A DNA stretch of 64,000 bases from Aplysia californica (Eukaryota), in contig NW_004797536.1 in the NCBI RefSeq assembly GCF_000002075.1, positions 909,178 through 973,177 of the forward strand. Reading direction: 5' to 3'. The notes below the pieces were generated by a model that was not told where the DNA came from, made no database searches, and was given only the letters and a program-made list of their open reading frames with translations. Shown here in pieces: positions 61,801 to 64,000 of the stretch; the first letter of the stretch is position 1, and each line of letters starts with the position of its first letter. The position numbers were made by a program, and so were the translations under genes.

Positions 61801-64000
61801 TACCAGAGGGACAGAGAGGGAGGTTATATTCACTGGCAAACAGACAGAGAAGAGGGTGCTATACACTATCAGACAAATAGGGAAGGGAATTATATCATCA
61901 TGTACATTTTTTTTAGTAAACATTTTACTGTGCTTGCAACAAAATTATTAGGTCATAAAAGAGCCAAAGATTAGAGGTGTTACAAAAGAGTAACAAACAC
62001 AAAAAAGAAGGGCAGTAAAGGACGATAGATGTTCAATAGGAAAGAAGGAACAAACTACACCAGAACACCCACCAACTACCCTCTAATAAGCAACACAACC
62101 ACAACTTGACAACAACAAACAAGGAGGGAACCGTTGACCTACTTTTGGGCGGAATGGGTGGTGGCCTCCCCTCCCTGGTGGCCGGGTCTGCCGAGGGTAG
62201 CGGTGAAGACACTCGGGCGGGGCTGGAGGTGGGGGTCAAGTCTTGGGGCAGAATCTTCAGGATGTCTTCTTGGCTGCTTTCTTTGATGGGGTGCATCACC
62301 TGGTAGGTGAGAGGAGGGGGGGGAGAGATGGACACAAGAATTTTAATAATAATAGATAGCATTTGTATAGCGCAAATACTCGCTCAACAACAAGCTGTAT
62401 GCACTTTACAATCTATACTATATTTATAGCAGTCTGAACCAACAATCTAACTTCCCGAGAAGCATAGAGTGCTGCCTGTAATACATGTTGGCCTAAGAAA
62501 AACATTATAGTAGAGGTTGCTTTTATTGTTTTTATTTTTTTGAGGGGGAGAGAGTTGTTTGTTTGTCTTGTTGGGGAGGGTTTGTTTGGTTTTTTTGGTG
62601 TGTTTTTTTTTTTTGGGGGGGGGGTTATTGTCACTGCAACAGTTCTCTATATGGGATAATTTAAAACAACAGTAAATCTATGAGATGACTGACAATTAAC
62701 AGTTAGATCTACATGAGATAACGGATGACAAAAGTTCTCCAAGAGTCAACTTACTTTCCGTTTCATGAGTGTCTCGTACAAATGCCTGCTCATTTCCTCT
62801 TTAGAAAGTCCGGACAAATCCTTCCCAGAAGACTCCTGCGAGGCAACAGCGGCCGAGTAGACCTGAGGGTTGGGGGCAGTGAAGTCACTGACCAGCTGGT
62901 GAGGTGGACGCTCCAAAAACTGGGGACAGGAAACGAAGGAAACTTTAGGACAGCGTTCAGGAGCAGAAATGTTTTTCTAACATGATAATTTATCTCAACT
63001 TTTTCTATCATCATAATTTACCTCATCTTTTTCTAATCTTTTTCTATCAAGATAAACTACCTCATCTTTTTCTATTATCAATTTACGTCATATTTTCTAT
63101 CCTTTCTTTTATTATAATTTACCTCATCTTTTTCTATCATCATAATTTTTTATCATTACAATTTATCTCATTTTTTTCCTAGTCATTTCATCTTTGTGAA
63201 TCTGTCATCAATTACCTTTAAATCAATGAATATCCTACCTCTACCATCTCTCTTTCACATGTCAGACGAGGGATAGACCAGAGAAAGAGGAAGTCAGAGG
63301 TAACAAATCTAGGTCATATGAAGCAAGAACAGTTTTGGAGATAGGAAAAGGCGAGGCTAATGTTGGCCCAATGAAAAACAAAAAAACTCTGTGTATGTAG
63401 AGTGTGCGTAGCGTGCTGCTCCTACACAGACAAGAAGACAGCATGTATATAGTGTGTTACCCCTACACAGACAAGAAGACAGCATGTATATAGTGTGTTG
63501 CCCCTACACAGACAAGAAGACGGCATGTATATAGTGTGTTGCCCCTACACAGACAAGAAGACAGCATGTGTGTAGTGCGTTACCCCTACACAGACAAGAA
63601 GACAGCATGTGTGTAGTGCGTTGCCCCTACACATACAATGACAAGAAGAAAGCATGCACACTGCATGCCATTCCCACCTGTGGGTTGAGGTTCCGTGGCA
63701 CCACCATACTCTTGCTGATGAAGTACTGCGTGTAAGGGTCGACAGTCCCACTTCCCGTAGAGCTGGAACTGTTACGGTCACTGCTGCCATAGCCCGAGTC
63801 CTTGTGCGAGCCGATGGACACGTTGTCAAATGACACATCAGTAGGCACACCTCCCTCGCTGTGCTTAGAGGCCAGCAGTCGTCCCATCAGACTGTCCGAC
63901 TCGATGCTGGAGCCGCTGGTGTGGCTGGCTGTACTGTGCGTGGACGGCTGTCGCTGCAAGCCCTGGTGTTTGAGGATACTCTCCACCATCCGACGGTCGA
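52814..64000 (-). CDS. USP54: USP53/USP54-family (echinus-like) protein, C-terminal ~1,250 aa; catalytic domain presumably outside the window
   Basis: Phase-compatible exons >64000-63678, 62919-62755, 62299-62143, 61768-61697, 61363-61241, 60553-60397, 59892-57833, 56152-56085, 53434-52814. KDSGYGSSDRNSSSS motif, MIT-like helical block (CEKADELMDNCILAETQEDLHAALCYCDSALGCLKEAM..AQKKHNSCLLKSRSL), and terminal CQLCRK..YCSKCSFYM, which resembles the echinus C-terminus as I recall it. Confidence 0.72.
56430..56755. repeat. 45-bp minisatellite, ~7 units
   Basis: GGGCAAAGTGATTCTAGTGCTTGTATCATTACTTCTACAATTTAA. Confidence 0.97.
57345..57808. repeat. 34-bp minisatellite, ~13 units
   Basis: AATTGATTAAGTCAAAAGAAATCTAGCATCCCCA. 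Confidence 0.97.
62985..63180. repeat. Degenerate ~28-bp AT-rich tandem repeat
   Basis: TTACCTCATCTTTTTCTATCATCATAAT. Confidence 0.8.
63390..63660. repeat. 41-bp minisatellite, ~6 units
   Basis: CCTACACAGACAAGAAGACAGCATGTATATAGTGTGTTACC. Confidence 0.95.

Overview
Repeat-rich animal genomic DNA, probably an invertebrate bilaterian (GT-AG introns, SINEs, DNA-transposon relics; 642-N gap at 1512-2153). I assembled four spliced protein-coding genes by hand with consistent exon phases. (1) A 552-aa uncharacterised protein on + (14845-28417): acidic N-terminus, two degenerate nucleolin-like RRMs, RG/RGG tracts and a short coiled coil. (2) A C10orf53/UPF0728 homologue on - (31893-34157). (3) NFU1 on + (35140-45679), head-to-head with C10orf53 across a very short bidirectional promoter. 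(4) The 3' part (~1,250 codons) of a USP53/USP54 (echinus-like) gene on - (52814 to beyond 64000). The rest is nested Tigger/pogo, piggyBac, Sola-like, Academ-like and CAC-ended DNA elements, RTE and L2 fragments, several SINE-like families and minisatellites. Best leads: the pseudo-RRM/RGG gene, a pair of phase-matched alternative exons that could switch the USP C-terminal zinc finger on or off, an inverted repeat pair enclosing the in-frame CxxC exon of NFU1, and three different short retroposons sharing one LINE-type 3' tail. No searches were run; family names come from motif recognition.
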